Below are positions 47,898 to 59,476 of a stretch of 64,000 bases of DNA, one piece after another. A program made the translations under genes and the position numbers. Positions within the stretch are counted from its first letter, which is position 1; each line of letters begins with the position of its first letter. The notes under the pieces are model-generated. The model was not told where the DNA came from. It saw nothing but the letters and a program-made list of their open reading frames with translations, and ran no database searches. The stretch is taken from assembly GCA_965112735.1 (NCBI GenBank), contig OZ218954.1:62001-126000 (forward strand), read 5' to 3'. The DNA comes from Phaeosaccion multiseriatum (Eukaryota; Protista; Ochrophyta, other classes).

Positions 47898-49319
47898 ATG
47901 GAGTGCGTAGAGGCCAGCATCGCAGCAGTAGGCAGGAAGGAAGACGAAATAGAGAAGGCATTGAGCGGTGAAGGCAATTACCTGGGGCTGAGGTTGGGAG
48001 GAGGATCAGCAGCAGCGGATGAGGGCGTCAGGAAGGAGCTGCTATCCCACCTGCAAGCCCAGAGGGAGAGGGAGAGGCAGCTGAGAGAGGAGAGGGGGAG
48101 ACAGGAGGCTTATCGAAGGGAGAGGGAGGCCACGCTACTACACGAGAAGGCGAAGAAGAAGGCTTACGAGAGGGACGAGAAGACTCACGAGAGGGACGAG
48201 AAGGCGAAAGAGAGGGCCTTGGAGAGAGAGAAAGAGCTACTCCTACTTCGTTTCGAGCTGCAACCACCAGCTCGTTCCCACCACCCCGATGGCAAAGGAG
48301 AGGAGGAGATCCAAGTGGGAGAAAGAAAGGGGTGCCACAAGCGAAAACGGGGCACCCCTGGAGGAGAGGATGGAGACGGGGGAAGAGCGGCCTCTGCAAC
48401 GGAAGGGCGAGTTTCTTGTCATCGAGCTGAATCGGGCAGCTGTGCACATGCCTTTGGCATGAAGGAGGTGTACGGAAAGGTGATGGAGCTCGTGGGGCAA
48501 GGGGAGTATGCTTTCGTCGCGACGGTGTGCAAGGAGTGGAGGGGGTACTACATCGTTGCGCACCCTGCCGAGACGAGCCAAAGGAGTGTAGTTGCCTCCG
48601 TCGAGCGTGTGTACTGGGCCAGGAGGCATGGCTACGAGCTCACCGTCAGCACCTTGAGGGCTGCTGCTCGGTACGGAAGTGCGAGCTTATGCAAGGCCCT
48701 TGTTCACATGGGTTGCCCCCGCGATAAGACGGTGTATAGATGGGCAGCACGGAACGAGCGGCACAGGGTGAGTGTGCTCAAGTCGCTGTGCTGTGATGAC
48801 TCGACTGCCTGTGCGGATGCGGCGGGGAGAGGGGACTTGGATCTGCTGGAGCTGCTTGTGTCGGATGAGGTGGACGCACCCTTTAATCGGAATGTGTGGC
48901 ACACAGCTGCTCGGGGAGGGCACATTTCTGTGTTTGAATGGCTGCGGAACAATCCCAAGGTCAGAGCTAAGATGAAGGGAACGTGGTGGGAGCATAGTGT
49001 ATGGGCGAATGGGCCTGCTGATGCTGCAGGTGGCTCTCACCTCTACGCTCTACAGTGGATGCATGCCAACGTGCGTCAGTTCTGTGACTGGAATGAAGAC
49101 GTTTGCGCGTCCGCGGTGCAGGAAGGCAACAGCCTGGAAGTACTGCAGTGGCTGCGCTCAGAAGAGGTGGGCTGTCCGTGGGACGGGGGTGTGTGTCCAG
49201 AGATCATTAGGAGAAATTATGAGGCATGTGGGGAAGAATTGGACATGGACGAGGACGACTTTGAGGAAATCAAGGAGTGGGTCCATGCCAATGGGCACCC
49301 CTGCAACTGCCAAGACTGA
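47898..49319 (+). CDS. Coiled-coil / F-box-like / ankyrin-like repeat protein, copy 1 (473 aa, intronless)
   Basis: EVYGKVMELVGQGEYAFVATVCKEWR (F-box-like); AA..G.L..L.WL and GCPWD ankyrin-type repeats; KRKR. Confidence 0.85.
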   Translation: MECVEASIAAVGRKEDEIEKALSGEGNYLGLRLGGGSAAADEGVRKELLSHLQAQRERERQLREERGRQEAYRREREATLLHEKAKKKAYERDEKTHERDEKAKERALEREKELLLLRFELQPPARSHHPDGKGEEEIQVGERKGCHKRKRGTPGGEDGDGGRAASATEGRVSCHRAESGSCAHAFGMKEVYGKVMELVGQGEYAFVATVCKEWRGYYIVAHPAETSQRSVVASVERVYWARRHGYELTVSTLRAAARYGSASLCKALVHMGCPRDKTVYRWAARNERHRVSVLKSLCCDDSTACADAAGRGDLDLLELLVSDEVDAPFNRNVWHTAARGGHISVFEWLRNNPKVRAKMKGTWWEHSVWANGPADAAGGSHLYALQWMHANVRQFCDWNEDVCASAVQEGNSLEVLQWLRSEEVGCPWDGGVCPEIIRRNYEACGEELDMDEDDFEEIKEWVHANGHPCNCQD

Positions 49320-50268
49320 GGAAGGATCAAGTATGATGGAGGAGGATGGACTTACTCTTAGACCTGGGAATACGGGAATACGATGCCAATGGACACCCCT
49401 GCGACTGCGAGGACTGAGGAAGGAGCAAGTAAGATGAAGGAGGGGGGACTCACTCATAAACCTTGAGGGGGGAAAGAGAAGAAGAATTGACAATAGTATG
49501 ATCAAACCTTGAAAGAGAAGAAGTATTGAAAATGGTATGGTCGAGGTCGAATGAAAGGAAGTGGAGGAGGAGGGAGCGGGGGGGGTGCCCATAGCAGACT
49601 GACTGGGTCCTGCAGTGAGGGCTGCAGCGCCTGAAGAGGTGAAGCTTCAGACCTCCTTCCTCCCTCTCTGCGTGCCTGCTGTATCACCAACTGCTACTGC
49701 TGCTGCTGTGGCCCTTCGATAGGGATAGATTATCCATGAACAATCAGCTGAAACTGAAACTGTGGGTTCCTTTATCTTACTGCCACATGCATGGCCTTCA
49801 ATTCAAGCCTCCCCCCTCGGGATACCCGCTCTCTGCCCGCGCTGTCCAAATGCTCTCCTCTGGACATCGACATAATCATCGATATTGCAAATCGAGGTCG
49901 TCCCTCCTCCCCTCCTTCTCTCCCACCCACTCTGCTCTCGGTACATAGACGTGTATCATCGATGCTGCAACACCGATACAGCTTCTTCATTTCCCTCCAT
50001 TTGTCTCTGCTGCTGGTGGTTTTGCTTGACTGCTGCTACTACTACCAGCCCTGCCACCTTCCTGCCATGAACAAGCCTTCACTAAGCCATTAGCGCTGCT
50101 GGAATGCATTAAGCAGCGTCAGCGAAATACAGGAAAAGAGAAAAAAGTCGTGTTACGGACAGCAAATCGGTGTTACGGACTGAGAGGTCGACAATGAAAA
50201 ATGAAAATGGATTCCAAATTGGGCCACATTCCCTTCCTCCCCCCCTCTCTTCTGCGCTTGAGAGAAGG

Positions 50269-51681
50269 ATGGAGTGCGTAGAGGCCAGCATCGCAGCAGT
50301 AGGCAGGAAGGAAGAAGCAATAGAGAAGGCGTTGAGCGGTGAGGGCAGCTATCTGGGGCTGAGGTTGGGAGGAGAAGCAGCAGCAGCGGATGAGGGGAGG
50401 AAGGAGCTGCTGTCCCACCTGCAAGCCGTGAGGGAGAGGGAGGCCACGTTACTACGCGAGAAGGCGAAGGAGAAGGTTTACGAGAGGGACGAGAAGGCGA
50501 AAGAGAAGGCTTACGAGAGGGACGAGAAGGCGAAAGAGAAGGCTCACGAGAGGGACGAGAAAGCGAAAGAGAGGGCCTTGGAGAGAGAGAAAGAGCTACT
50601 CCTACTTCGTTTCGAGCTGCAACCACCAGCACGCCCCCACCACGACCCCGATGGCAAAGGAGAGGAGGAGATCCAAGTGGGAGAAAGAAAGGGGTGCCAC
50701 AAGCGAAAACGGGGCACCCCTGGAGGAGAGGATGGAGAGGGGGGACGAGGGGCCTCTGCAACGGAAGGGCGAGTTTCTTCTCATCGAGCTGAATCGGGCA
50801 GCTGTGCACATGCCTTTGGCATGAAGGAGGTGTACGGAAAGGTGATGGAGCTCGTGGGGCAAGGGGAGTATGCTTTCGTCGCGACGGTGTGCAAGGAGTG
50901 GAGGGGGTACTACATCGTTGCGCACCCTGCCGAGACGAGCCAAAGGAGTGTAGTTGCCTCCGTCGAGCGTGTGTACTGGGCCAGGAGGCATGGCTACGAG
51001 CTCACCGTCAGCACCTTGAGGGCTGCTGCTCGGTACGGAGGTGCGAGCTTATGTAAGGCCCTTGTTCACATGGGTTGCCCCCGCGATAAGACGGTGTATA
51101 GATGGGCGGCACGGAACGAGCGGCACATGGTGAGTGTGCTCAAGTCGCTGTGCTGTGATGACTCGACTGCCTGTGCGGATGCGGCGGAGAGAGGGGACTT
51201 GGATCTGCTGGAGCTGCTTGTGTCGGATGAGGTGGACGCACCCTTTGATCGGAATGTGTGGCGCAAAGCTGCTAAGGGAGGGCGGGATTTTGTGCTTGAA
51301 TGGCTGCTGAACAATCCCAAGGTCAGCGCTAAGATGAAGGGAACGTGGTGGGAGCATATGGTATGGGCGAATGGGCCTTCTGATGCTGCAGGTGGCTCTC
51401 ACCTCGACGCTCTACAGTGGATGCATGCCAACGTGCGTCAGTTCTGTGACTGGAATGAAGACGTTTGCGCGTCCGCGGTGCAGGAAGGCAACAGCCTGGA
51501 AGTACTGCAGTGGCTGCGCTCAGAAGAGGTGGGCTGTCCGTGGGACGGGGGTGCGTGTCCAGAAATGAGCAGGAGAGAGATGGAGGCATGGGGGCAAGAA
51601 TTGGACATGGACGAGGACGACTTTGAGGAAATCAAGGAGTGGGTCCATGCCAATGGGCGCCCCTGCAACTGCGAGGACTGA
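50269..51681 (+). CDS. Coiled-coil / F-box-like / ankyrin-like repeat protein, copy 2 (470 aa)
   Basis: Intact paralog; start set at the conserved MEC. Confidence 0.85.
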   Translation: MECVEASIAAVGRKEEAIEKALSGEGSYLGLRLGGEAAAADEGRKELLSHLQAVREREATLLREKAKEKVYERDEKAKEKAYERDEKAKEKAHERDEKAKERALEREKELLLLRFELQPPARPHHDPDGKGEEEIQVGERKGCHKRKRGTPGGEDGEGGRGASATEGRVSSHRAESGSCAHAFGMKEVYGKVMELVGQGEYAFVATVCKEWRGYYIVAHPAETSQRSVVASVERVYWARRHGYELTVSTLRAAARYGGASLCKALVHMGCPRDKTVYRWAARNERHMVSVLKSLCCDDSTACADAAERGDLDLLELLVSDEVDAPFDRNVWRKAAKGGRDFVLEWLLNNPKVSAKMKGTWWEHMVWANGPSDAAGGSHLDALQWMHANVRQFCDWNEDVCASAVQEGNSLEVLQWLRSEEVGCPWDGGACPEMSRREMEAWGQELDMDEDDFEEIKEWVHANGRPCNCED

Positions 51682-52570
51682 GGAAGGAGCAAGTGAGATG
51701 GAGGAGGGGGACATACTCATAAACCTTGAGGGGGAACAGAGAAGAAGAATTGACAATAGTATGATCGGGGTCGAATGAAAGGAAGTGGAGGAGGAGGGAG
51801 CGGGGGGGGTGCCCATAGCAGACTGACTGGGTCCTGCAGTGAGGGATGCAGCGCCTGAAGATGTGAAGCTTCAGACCTCCTTCCTCCCTCTCTGTGTGCC
51901 TGCTGTATCACCAACTGCTACTGCTGCTGCTGTGGCCCTTCGATAGGGATAGATTATCCATGAACAATCAGCTGAAACTGAAACTGTGGGTTCCTTTATC
52001 TTACTGCCACATGCATGGCCTTCAATTCAAGCCTCCCCCCTCGGGATACCCGCTCTCTGCCCGCGCTGTCCAAATGCTCTCCTCTGGACATCGACATAAT
52101 CATCGATATTGCAAATCGAGGTCGTCCCTCCTCCCCTCCTTCTCTCCCACCCACTATGCTCTCGGTACATAGACGTGTATCATCGATGCTGCAACACCGA
52201 TACAGCTTCTTCATTCCCCTCCATTTGTCTCTGCTGCTGGTGGTGGTGTGGTGGTGATGAATGTTGAATGTACCTCCTCTCTTTGCTTGACTGCTGCTAC
52301 TACTACCAGCCCTGCCACCTTCCTGCCATGAACAAGCCTTCACTAAGCCACTACTGCTGCTGGGATGCAGCAGTTGCGGCCCCTTTCCCTTAAGCAGCGT
52401 TGATCCCCTTATTGCAACGCGAAAACATGTGGGCATCAGCGAAATACAGGAAAAAAGTCGCGTTACGGACAGCAAATCGGTGTTACGGACAGAGAGGTCG
52501 ACAATGGGATAATGGATTCAAAATTCAAAATTCCCTTCATCCCCCTCTCTCTTCTGTGCTTGTGAGAAGG

Positions 52571-53914
52571 ATGGAGTGCATAGAGGCCAGCATTGCAGCA
52601 GTAGGCAAGAAGCAAGAAGCAATAGAGAGGGTATTGAGCGGTGAGGGCAGCTATCTGGGGCTGAGGTTGGGAGGAGGAGCAGCAGCAGCGGATGAGGGGA
52701 GGAAGGAGCTGCTGTCCCACCTGAAAACCGAGAGGGAGAGGGAGGCCACGCTACTACACGAGAAGCTGAAGGAGCAGGCTTACGAGAGGGACGAGAAGGC
52801 GAAAGAGAAGGCTCACGAGAGGGACGAGAAGGCGAAAGAGAGGGCCTTGGAGAGAGAGAAAGAGCTACTCCTACTTCGTTTCGAGCTGCAACCACCAGCA
52901 CGCCCCCACCACGACCCCGATGGCAAAGGAGAGGAGGAGATCCAAGTGGGAGAACGAAAGGGGTGCCACAAGCGAAAACGAGGGGCCTCTGCAACGGAAG
53001 GGCGAGTTTCCTCTCATCGAGCTGAATCGGGCAGCTGTGCACATGCCTTTGGCATGAAAGAGGTGTATGGAAAAGTGATGGAGCTCGTGGGGCAAGGGGA
53101 GTATGCTTTCGTCGCGACGGTGTGCAAGGAGTGGAGGGGGTACTACATCGTTGCGCACCCTGCCAAGACGAGGCAAAGGAGTGTAGTTGCCTCCGTCGAG
53201 CGTGTGTACTGGGCTAGGAGGCACGGCTACGAGCTTACCATCAGCACCTTGAGGGCTGCTGCTCGGTACGGAGGTGCGAGCTTATGCAAGGCCCTTGTTC
53301 ACATGGGTTGCCCCCGGGACGTGACGGTGTGTAGATGGGCGGTACTGAACGAGCGGCACAGGGTGAGTGTGCTCAAGTCGCTGTGCTGTGATGACTCGAC
53401 TGCCTGTGCGGATGCGGCGGAGAGAGGGGACTTGGATCTGCTGGAGCTGCTTGTGTCGGATGAGGTGGACGCACCCTTTGATCGGAATGTGTGGCGCAAA
53501 GCTGCTAAGGGAGGGCGGGATTTTGTGCTTGAATGGCTGCTGAACAATCCCAAGGTCAGCGCTAAGATGAAGGGAACGTGGTGGGAGCATATGGTATGGG
53601 CGAATGGGCCTTCTGATGCTGCAGGTGGCTCTCACCTCGACGCTCTACAGTGGATGCATGCCAACGTGCGTCAGTTCTGTGACTGGAATGAAGACGTTTG
53701 CGCGTCCGCGGTGCAGGAAGGCAACAGCCTGGAAGTACTGCAGTGGCTGCGCTCAGAAGAGGTGGGCTGTCCGTGGGACGGGCGTGCGTGTCCTGAGTAC
53801 AGCAGGAGATATCTTGAGGCATGTGGGGAAGAATTGGACATGGACGAGGACGACTTTGAGGAAATCAAGGAGTGGGTCCATGCCAATGGGCGCCCCTGCG
53901 ACTGCGAGGACTGA
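52571..53914 (+). CDS. Coiled-coil / F-box-like / ankyrin-like repeat protein, copy 3 (447 aa)
   Basis: Intact paralog; lacks the 12-aa TPGGEDG..GR insert. Confidence 0.85.
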   Translation: MECIEASIAAVGKKQEAIERVLSGEGSYLGLRLGGGAAAADEGRKELLSHLKTEREREATLLHEKLKEQAYERDEKAKEKAHERDEKAKERALEREKELLLLRFELQPPARPHHDPDGKGEEEIQVGERKGCHKRKRGASATEGRVSSHRAESGSCAHAFGMKEVYGKVMELVGQGEYAFVATVCKEWRGYYIVAHPAKTRQRSVVASVERVYWARRHGYELTISTLRAAARYGGASLCKALVHMGCPRDVTVCRWAVLNERHRVSVLKSLCCDDSTACADAAERGDLDLLELLVSDEVDAPFDRNVWRKAAKGGRDFVLEWLLNNPKVSAKMKGTWWEHMVWANGPSDAAGGSHLDALQWMHANVRQFCDWNEDVCASAVQEGNSLEVLQWLRSEEVGCPWDGRACPEYSRRYLEACGEELDMDEDDFEEIKEWVHANGRPCDCED

Positions 53915-54227
53915 GGAAGGAGCAAGTGAGATGGAGGAGGGGGACATACTCATAAACCTTGAGGGGGAACAGAGAAGAAGAATTGACAATAGTATGATCG
54001 GGGTCGAATGAAAGGAAGTGGAGGAGGAGGGAGGGGGGGGGGGTGCCATTGCAGACTGACTGGGTCCTGCAGTGAGGGCTGCAGCGCCTGAAGAGGTGAA
54101 GCTTCAGACCTCCTTCCTCCCTCTCTGCGTGCCTGCTGTATCACCAACTGCTACTGCTGCTGTGGCCCTTCGAAGGGAAGGAACTTTATTGACTTAATAG
54201 GAATCACCTAAGAAACTGAAAGTGTGA

Positions 54228-54279
<52 letters not shown>

Positions 54280-54855
54280 GTGTCGCTGTGTCTCCGGGGC
54301 CCTCGAGTGGCCCTTCGAAGGGATAGATTATCCATGAACAATCAGCTGAAACTCAAACTGTGTGTTCCTTTATCTTACTGTCACAAGTATGGCCTTGTAC
54401 CGCTCTCTGCCCCCGCCGCTGTCGAAATGCTCTCCCCTGTACATCGACATAATCACCGATATTGCAAATCGAGGTCGGCCAACATCCCCTCGAATGCTCT
54501 CCCACCCACTCTGCTCTCGATACATAGACGTGTATCATCGATGCTGCAACACCGATACAGCTTCTTCATTCTCCTCCATTTGTCTCTCCTGCTGCTGGTG
54601 GTGAGGTGGTGATGAATGTTGAATGTACCTCCTCTCTCTGCTTGACTGCTGCTGCTACTAGTAGCCCTGCCACCTTCCTGCCATGAACAAGCCTTCATTA
54701 TTAAACATGGGGGAATCAGCGACATACAGGAAAAAAGTCGTGTGTGACGGACAGAAAATAGAAAATCGGTGTTACGGACAGATCGAAAAGGATGGCACAG
54801 AATTCAAAATTCATTGCCCCTTCATCCCCCCCTCTCTTCTGCGCTTGAGAGAAGG

Positions 54856-56256
54856 ATGGAGTGCATTGAAGCAGTAGGCAGGAAGCAAGAAGCAATAGAG
54901 AAGGCATTGAGCGGTGAGGGCAGCTATCTGGGGCTGAGGTTGGGAGGAGGATCAGCAGCAGCGGATGAGGGGAGGAAGGAGCTGCTATCCCACCTGCAAG
55001 CCGAGAGGGAGAGGGAGGCCACGCTACTACACGAGAAGGCGAAGGAGAAGGCTTGCGAGAGGGACGAGAAGGCGAAAGAGAAGGCTCACGAGAGGGAGAG
55101 GGAGGCCACGCTACTACACGAGAAGGCGAAGAAGAAGGCTTACGAGAGGGGCGAGAAGACTCACGAGAGGGACGAGAAGGCGAAAGAGAGGGCCTTGGAG
55201 AGAGAGAAAGAGCTACTCCTACTTCGTTTCGAGCTGCAACCACCAGCTCGTTCCCACCACCCCGATGGCAAAGGAGAGGAGGAGATCCAAGTGGGAGAAA
55301 GAAAGGGGTGCCACAAGCGAAAACGAGGGGCCTCTGCAACGGAAGGGCGAGTTTCCTCTCATCGAGCTGAATCGGGCAGCTGTGCACATGTCTTTGGCAT
55401 GAAAGAGGTGTATGGAAAAGTGATGGAGCTCGTGGGGCAGGGGGAGTACGCTTTCGTCGCGACGGTGTGCAAGGAGTGGAGGGGCTACTACATCGTTGCG
55501 CACCCTGCCGAGACGAGCCAAAGGAGTGTAGTTGCCTCCATCAAGCGTGTGTACTGGGCCAGGAGGCACGGCTACGAGCTTACCGTCAGCACCTTGAGGG
55601 CTGCTGCTCGGTACGAAGGTGCGAGCTTATGTAAGGCCCTTGTTCACATGGGTTGCCCCCGCGATAAGACGGTGTATAGATGGGCGGTACTGAACGAGCG
55701 GCACAGGGTGAGTGTGCTCAAGTCGCTGTGCTGTGATGACTCGACTGCCTGTGCTGATGCGGCGGAGAGAGGGGACTTGGATCTGCTGGAGCTGCTTGTG
55801 TCGGATGAGGTGGACGCACTCTTTGATGACGATGTGTGGCTCCAAGCTGCTCAGAGAGGGCGGGTTTCTGTTCTTGAATGGCTGCTGAACAATCCCAAGG
55901 TCAGAGCTAAGATGGAGGGAGCGTGGGAGCATGATTGCTGGTTTAGTTTGCCTTTGTTTGCTGCACGTCACGCTCGGCTCGACGCTCTACAGTGGCTGCA
56001 TGCCAACGTGCGTCAGTTCTGTGACTGGGATGAAGACGTTTGCGCGTACGCGGTGCAGGAAGGCAACAGCCTGGAAGTACTGCAGTGGCTGCGCTCAGAA
56101 GAGGTGGGCTGTCCGTGGGACGGGGGTGTGTGTCCAGAGATCATCAGGAGACGTTTTGAGGCATACGGGGAACAATGGGACATGGCCGAGGGCGACTTTG
56201 AGGAACTCAAGGAGTGGGTCCATGCCAATGGGCACCCCTGCAACTGCGAGGACTGA
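54856..56256 (+). CDS. Coiled-coil / F-box-like / ankyrin-like repeat protein, copy 4 (466 aa)
   Basis: Intact paralog; most divergent repeat (HDCWFSLPLFAARHAR). Confidence 0.85.
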   Translation: MECIEAVGRKQEAIEKALSGEGSYLGLRLGGGSAAADEGRKELLSHLQAEREREATLLHEKAKEKACERDEKAKEKAHEREREATLLHEKAKKKAYERGEKTHERDEKAKERALEREKELLLLRFELQPPARSHHPDGKGEEEIQVGERKGCHKRKRGASATEGRVSSHRAESGSCAHVFGMKEVYGKVMELVGQGEYAFVATVCKEWRGYYIVAHPAETSQRSVVASIKRVYWARRHGYELTVSTLRAAARYEGASLCKALVHMGCPRDKTVYRWAVLNERHRVSVLKSLCCDDSTACADAAERGDLDLLELLVSDEVDALFDDDVWLQAAQRGRVSVLEWLLNNPKVRAKMEGAWEHDCWFSLPLFAARHARLDALQWLHANVRQFCDWDEDVCAYAVQEGNSLEVLQWLRSEEVGCPWDGGVCPEIIRRRFEAYGEQWDMAEGDFEELKEWVHANGHPCNCED

Positions 56257-57133
56257 GGAAGGAGCAAGTGAGATGGAGGAGGGGGGACTCATAAACCTTG
56301 AGGGGGAAAAGAGAAGAAGAATTGACAATGGTATGATCGAGGTCGAATGAAGGCAAGTGGAGGCGAAGGGAGGGGGGGGTGCCCATTGCAGACTGACTGA
56401 GTCCTGCAGTGAGGGCTGCAGCCCTTGAAGATGTGAAGCTTCAGACCTCCTTCCTCCCTCTCTGTGTGCCTGCTGTATCACCAACTGCTACTGCTGCTGC
56501 TGTGGCCCTTCGATAGGGATAGATTATCCATGAACAATCAGCTGAAACTGGAACTGTGGGTTCCTTTATCTTACTGCCACATGCATGGCCTTCAATTCAA
56601 GCCTCCCCCCTCGGGATACCCGCTCTCTGCCCGCGGTGTCCAAATGCTCTCCTCTGGACATCGACATAATCATCCATATTGCAAATCGAGGTCGTCCCTC
56701 CTCCCCTCCTTCTCTCCCACCCACTCTGCTCTCGGTACATAGACGTGTATCATCGATGCTGCAACACCGATACAGCTTCTTCATTCCCCTCCATTTGTCT
56801 CTGCTGCTGGTGGTGGTGTGGTGGTGATGAATGTTGAATGTACCTCCTCTCTTTGCTTGACTGCTGCTGCTACAACCAGCCCTGCCACCTTCCTGCCATG
56901 AACAAGCCTTCACTAAGCCACTACTGCTGCTGGGATGCAGCAGTTGCGGCCCCTTTCCCTTAAACAGCGTTGATCCCCTTATTGCAACGCGAAAACATGT
57001 GGGCATCAGCGAAATACAGGAAAAAGTCGCGTTACGGACAGCAAATCGGTGTTACGGACAGAGAGGTGTAAATGGATTCAAAATTCTTGAAAATTCTCTT
57101 CATCCCCCTCTCTCTTCTGTGCTTGTGAGAAGG

Positions 57134-58639
57134 ATGGAGTGCATAGAGGCCAGCATTGCAGCAGTAGGCAAGAAGCAAGAAGCAATAGAGAGGGTATTGA
57201 GCGGTGAGGGCAGCTATCTGGGGCTGAGGTTGGGAGGAGGAGCAGCAGCAGCGGATGAGGGGAGGAAGGAGCTGCTGTCCCACCTGAAAACCGAGAGGGA
57301 GAGGGAGGCCACGCTACTACACGAGAAGCTGAAGGAGAAGGCTTACGAGAGGGACGAGAAGGCGAAAGAGAAGGCTCACGAGAGGGAGAGGGAGGCCACG
57401 CTACTACACGAGAAGGCGAAAGAGAAGGCTCACGAGAGGGGCGAGAAGGCGAAAGAGAAGGCTCACGAGAGGGAGAGGGAGGCCACGCTACTACACGAGA
57501 AGGCGAAGGAGAAGGCTTATAAGAGGGACGAGAAGGCTCACGAGAGGGACGAGAAGGCGAAAGAGAGGGCCTTGGAGAGAGAGAAAGAGCTACTTTTACT
57601 TCGTTTCGAGCTGCAACCACCAGCTCGTTCCCACCACCCCGATGGCAAAGGAGAGGAGGAGATCCAAGTGGGAGAAAGAAAGGGATGCCACAAGCGAAAA
57701 CGAGGGGCCTCTGCAACGGAAGGGCGAGTTTCCTCTCATCGAGCTGAATCGGGCAGCTGTGCACATGCCTTTGGCATGAAAGAGGTGTATGGAAAAGTGA
57801 TGGAGCTCGTGGGGCAGGGGGAGTACGCTTTCGTCGCGACGGTGTGCAAGGAGTGGAGGGGCTACTACATCGTTGCGCACCCTGCCGAGACGAGCCAAAG
57901 GAGTGTAGTTGCCTCCATCGAGCGTGTGTACTGGGCCAGGAGGCACGGCTACGAGCTTACCGTCAGCACCTTGAGGGCTGCTGCTCGGTACGAAGGTGCG
58001 AGCTTATGCAAGGCCCTTGTTCACATCGGTTGCCCCCGCGATAAGACGGTGTATAGATGGGCGGTACTGAACGAGCGGCACAGGGTGAGTGTGCTCAAGT
58101 CGCTGTGCTGTGATGACTCGACTGCCTGTGCTGATGCGGCGGAGAGAGGGGACTTGGATCTGCTGGAGCTGCTTGTGTCGGATGAGGTGGACGCACTCTT
58201 TGATGAGGATGTGTGGCGCAAAGCTGCTCAGAGAGGGCGGGTTTCTGTTCTTGAATGGCTGCTGAACAATCCCAAGGTCAGAGCTAAGATGAAGGGAACG
58301 TGGTGGGAGCATGATGCATGGTGGGGTGGGCCTTTGTACGCTGCAGGTGGCTCTCACCTCTACGCTCTACAGTGGATGCATGCCAACGTGCGTCAGTTCT
58401 GTTACTGGAATGAAGACGTTTGCGTGTCCGCGGTGCAGGCAGGCAACAGCCTGGAAGTACTGCAGTGGCTGCGCTCAGAAGAGGTGGGCTGTCCGTGGGA
58501 CGGGGGTGTGTGTCCAGAGATCATTAGGAGAAATTATGAGGCATGTGGACAAGAATGGGACACCATGGCCGAGGACACCTTTGAGGAAATCAAGGAGTGG
58601 GTCCATGCGAGTGGACACCCCTGCGACTGCGAGGACTGA
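57134..58639 (+). CDS. Coiled-coil / F-box-like / ankyrin-like repeat protein, copy 5 (501 aa)
   Basis: Intact paralog; three REREATLLHEK modules. Confidence 0.85.
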   Translation: MECIEASIAAVGKKQEAIERVLSGEGSYLGLRLGGGAAAADEGRKELLSHLKTEREREATLLHEKLKEKAYERDEKAKEKAHEREREATLLHEKAKEKAHERGEKAKEKAHEREREATLLHEKAKEKAYKRDEKAHERDEKAKERALEREKELLLLRFELQPPARSHHPDGKGEEEIQVGERKGCHKRKRGASATEGRVSSHRAESGSCAHAFGMKEVYGKVMELVGQGEYAFVATVCKEWRGYYIVAHPAETSQRSVVASIERVYWARRHGYELTVSTLRAAARYEGASLCKALVHIGCPRDKTVYRWAVLNERHRVSVLKSLCCDDSTACADAAERGDLDLLELLVSDEVDALFDEDVWRKAAQRGRVSVLEWLLNNPKVRAKMKGTWWEHDAWWGGPLYAAGGSHLYALQWMHANVRQFCYWNEDVCVSAVQAGNSLEVLQWLRSEEVGCPWDGGVCPEIIRRNYEACGQEWDTMAEDTFEEIKEWVHASGHPCDCED

Positions 58640-59476
58640 GGAAGGAGCAAGTGAGATGGAGGAGGGGGGACTTATTCATAAACCTATCGAAGGAAAAGAG
58701 AAGAGGAATTGACAATGGTATGATCAAGATCGAATGAAGGGAAGCGGAGAAGTCGGGAGGGGGGGGGGTGCCATTACAGACTGACTGAGTCCTGCAGTGA
58801 GGGACCTCCTTCTTCCCTCTCTGCTTTCCTGCTGTATCACCAACTGCTACTGCTGCTGCTGTGGCCCTTCGAAGGGGTAGATTTTCAGATTTTCCATGAA
58901 CAATCCAGCTGAAACTCAAACTGTGGGTTCCTTTATCTTACAGTTGTACTGTCAGAAGCATGGCCTTCAATTCAAGCCTCCCCCTCGGGATACCCGCTCT
59001 CTGCCCCCGCCGCTGTCGAAATGCTCTCCTCTGGACATCGACATAATCATCGATATTGCAAATCGAGGTCGGCCAACATCCCCTCAAATGCTCTCCCACC
59101 CACTCTGCTCTCGATACGTAAGACGTGTATCATCGATGCTGCAACACCGATACAGCTTGTTCATTCTCCTCCATTCGGCTCTGCTGCTGCTGGTGGTGTG
59201 GTGGTGTTACCTCCTCTCTTTGCTTGACTGCTGCTGCTACTAGCAGCCGTGCCACCTTCCTGCCATGAACAAGCCTTCACTAAGCCATTACTGCTGCTGG
59301 AATGTAGCAGTTGCGGTCCCTTTCCCTTGAGCAGCGTTGATCCCCTTACTGCAGCACGAAAACATGTGGGCATCAGCGAAATACAGGAAAAAAGTCGTGT
59401 GTTACGGACAGCAAATCGGTGTTACGGACACAGGGGTTTCCCTTCATCCCCCCTCTCTTCTGCGCTTGAGAGAAGG

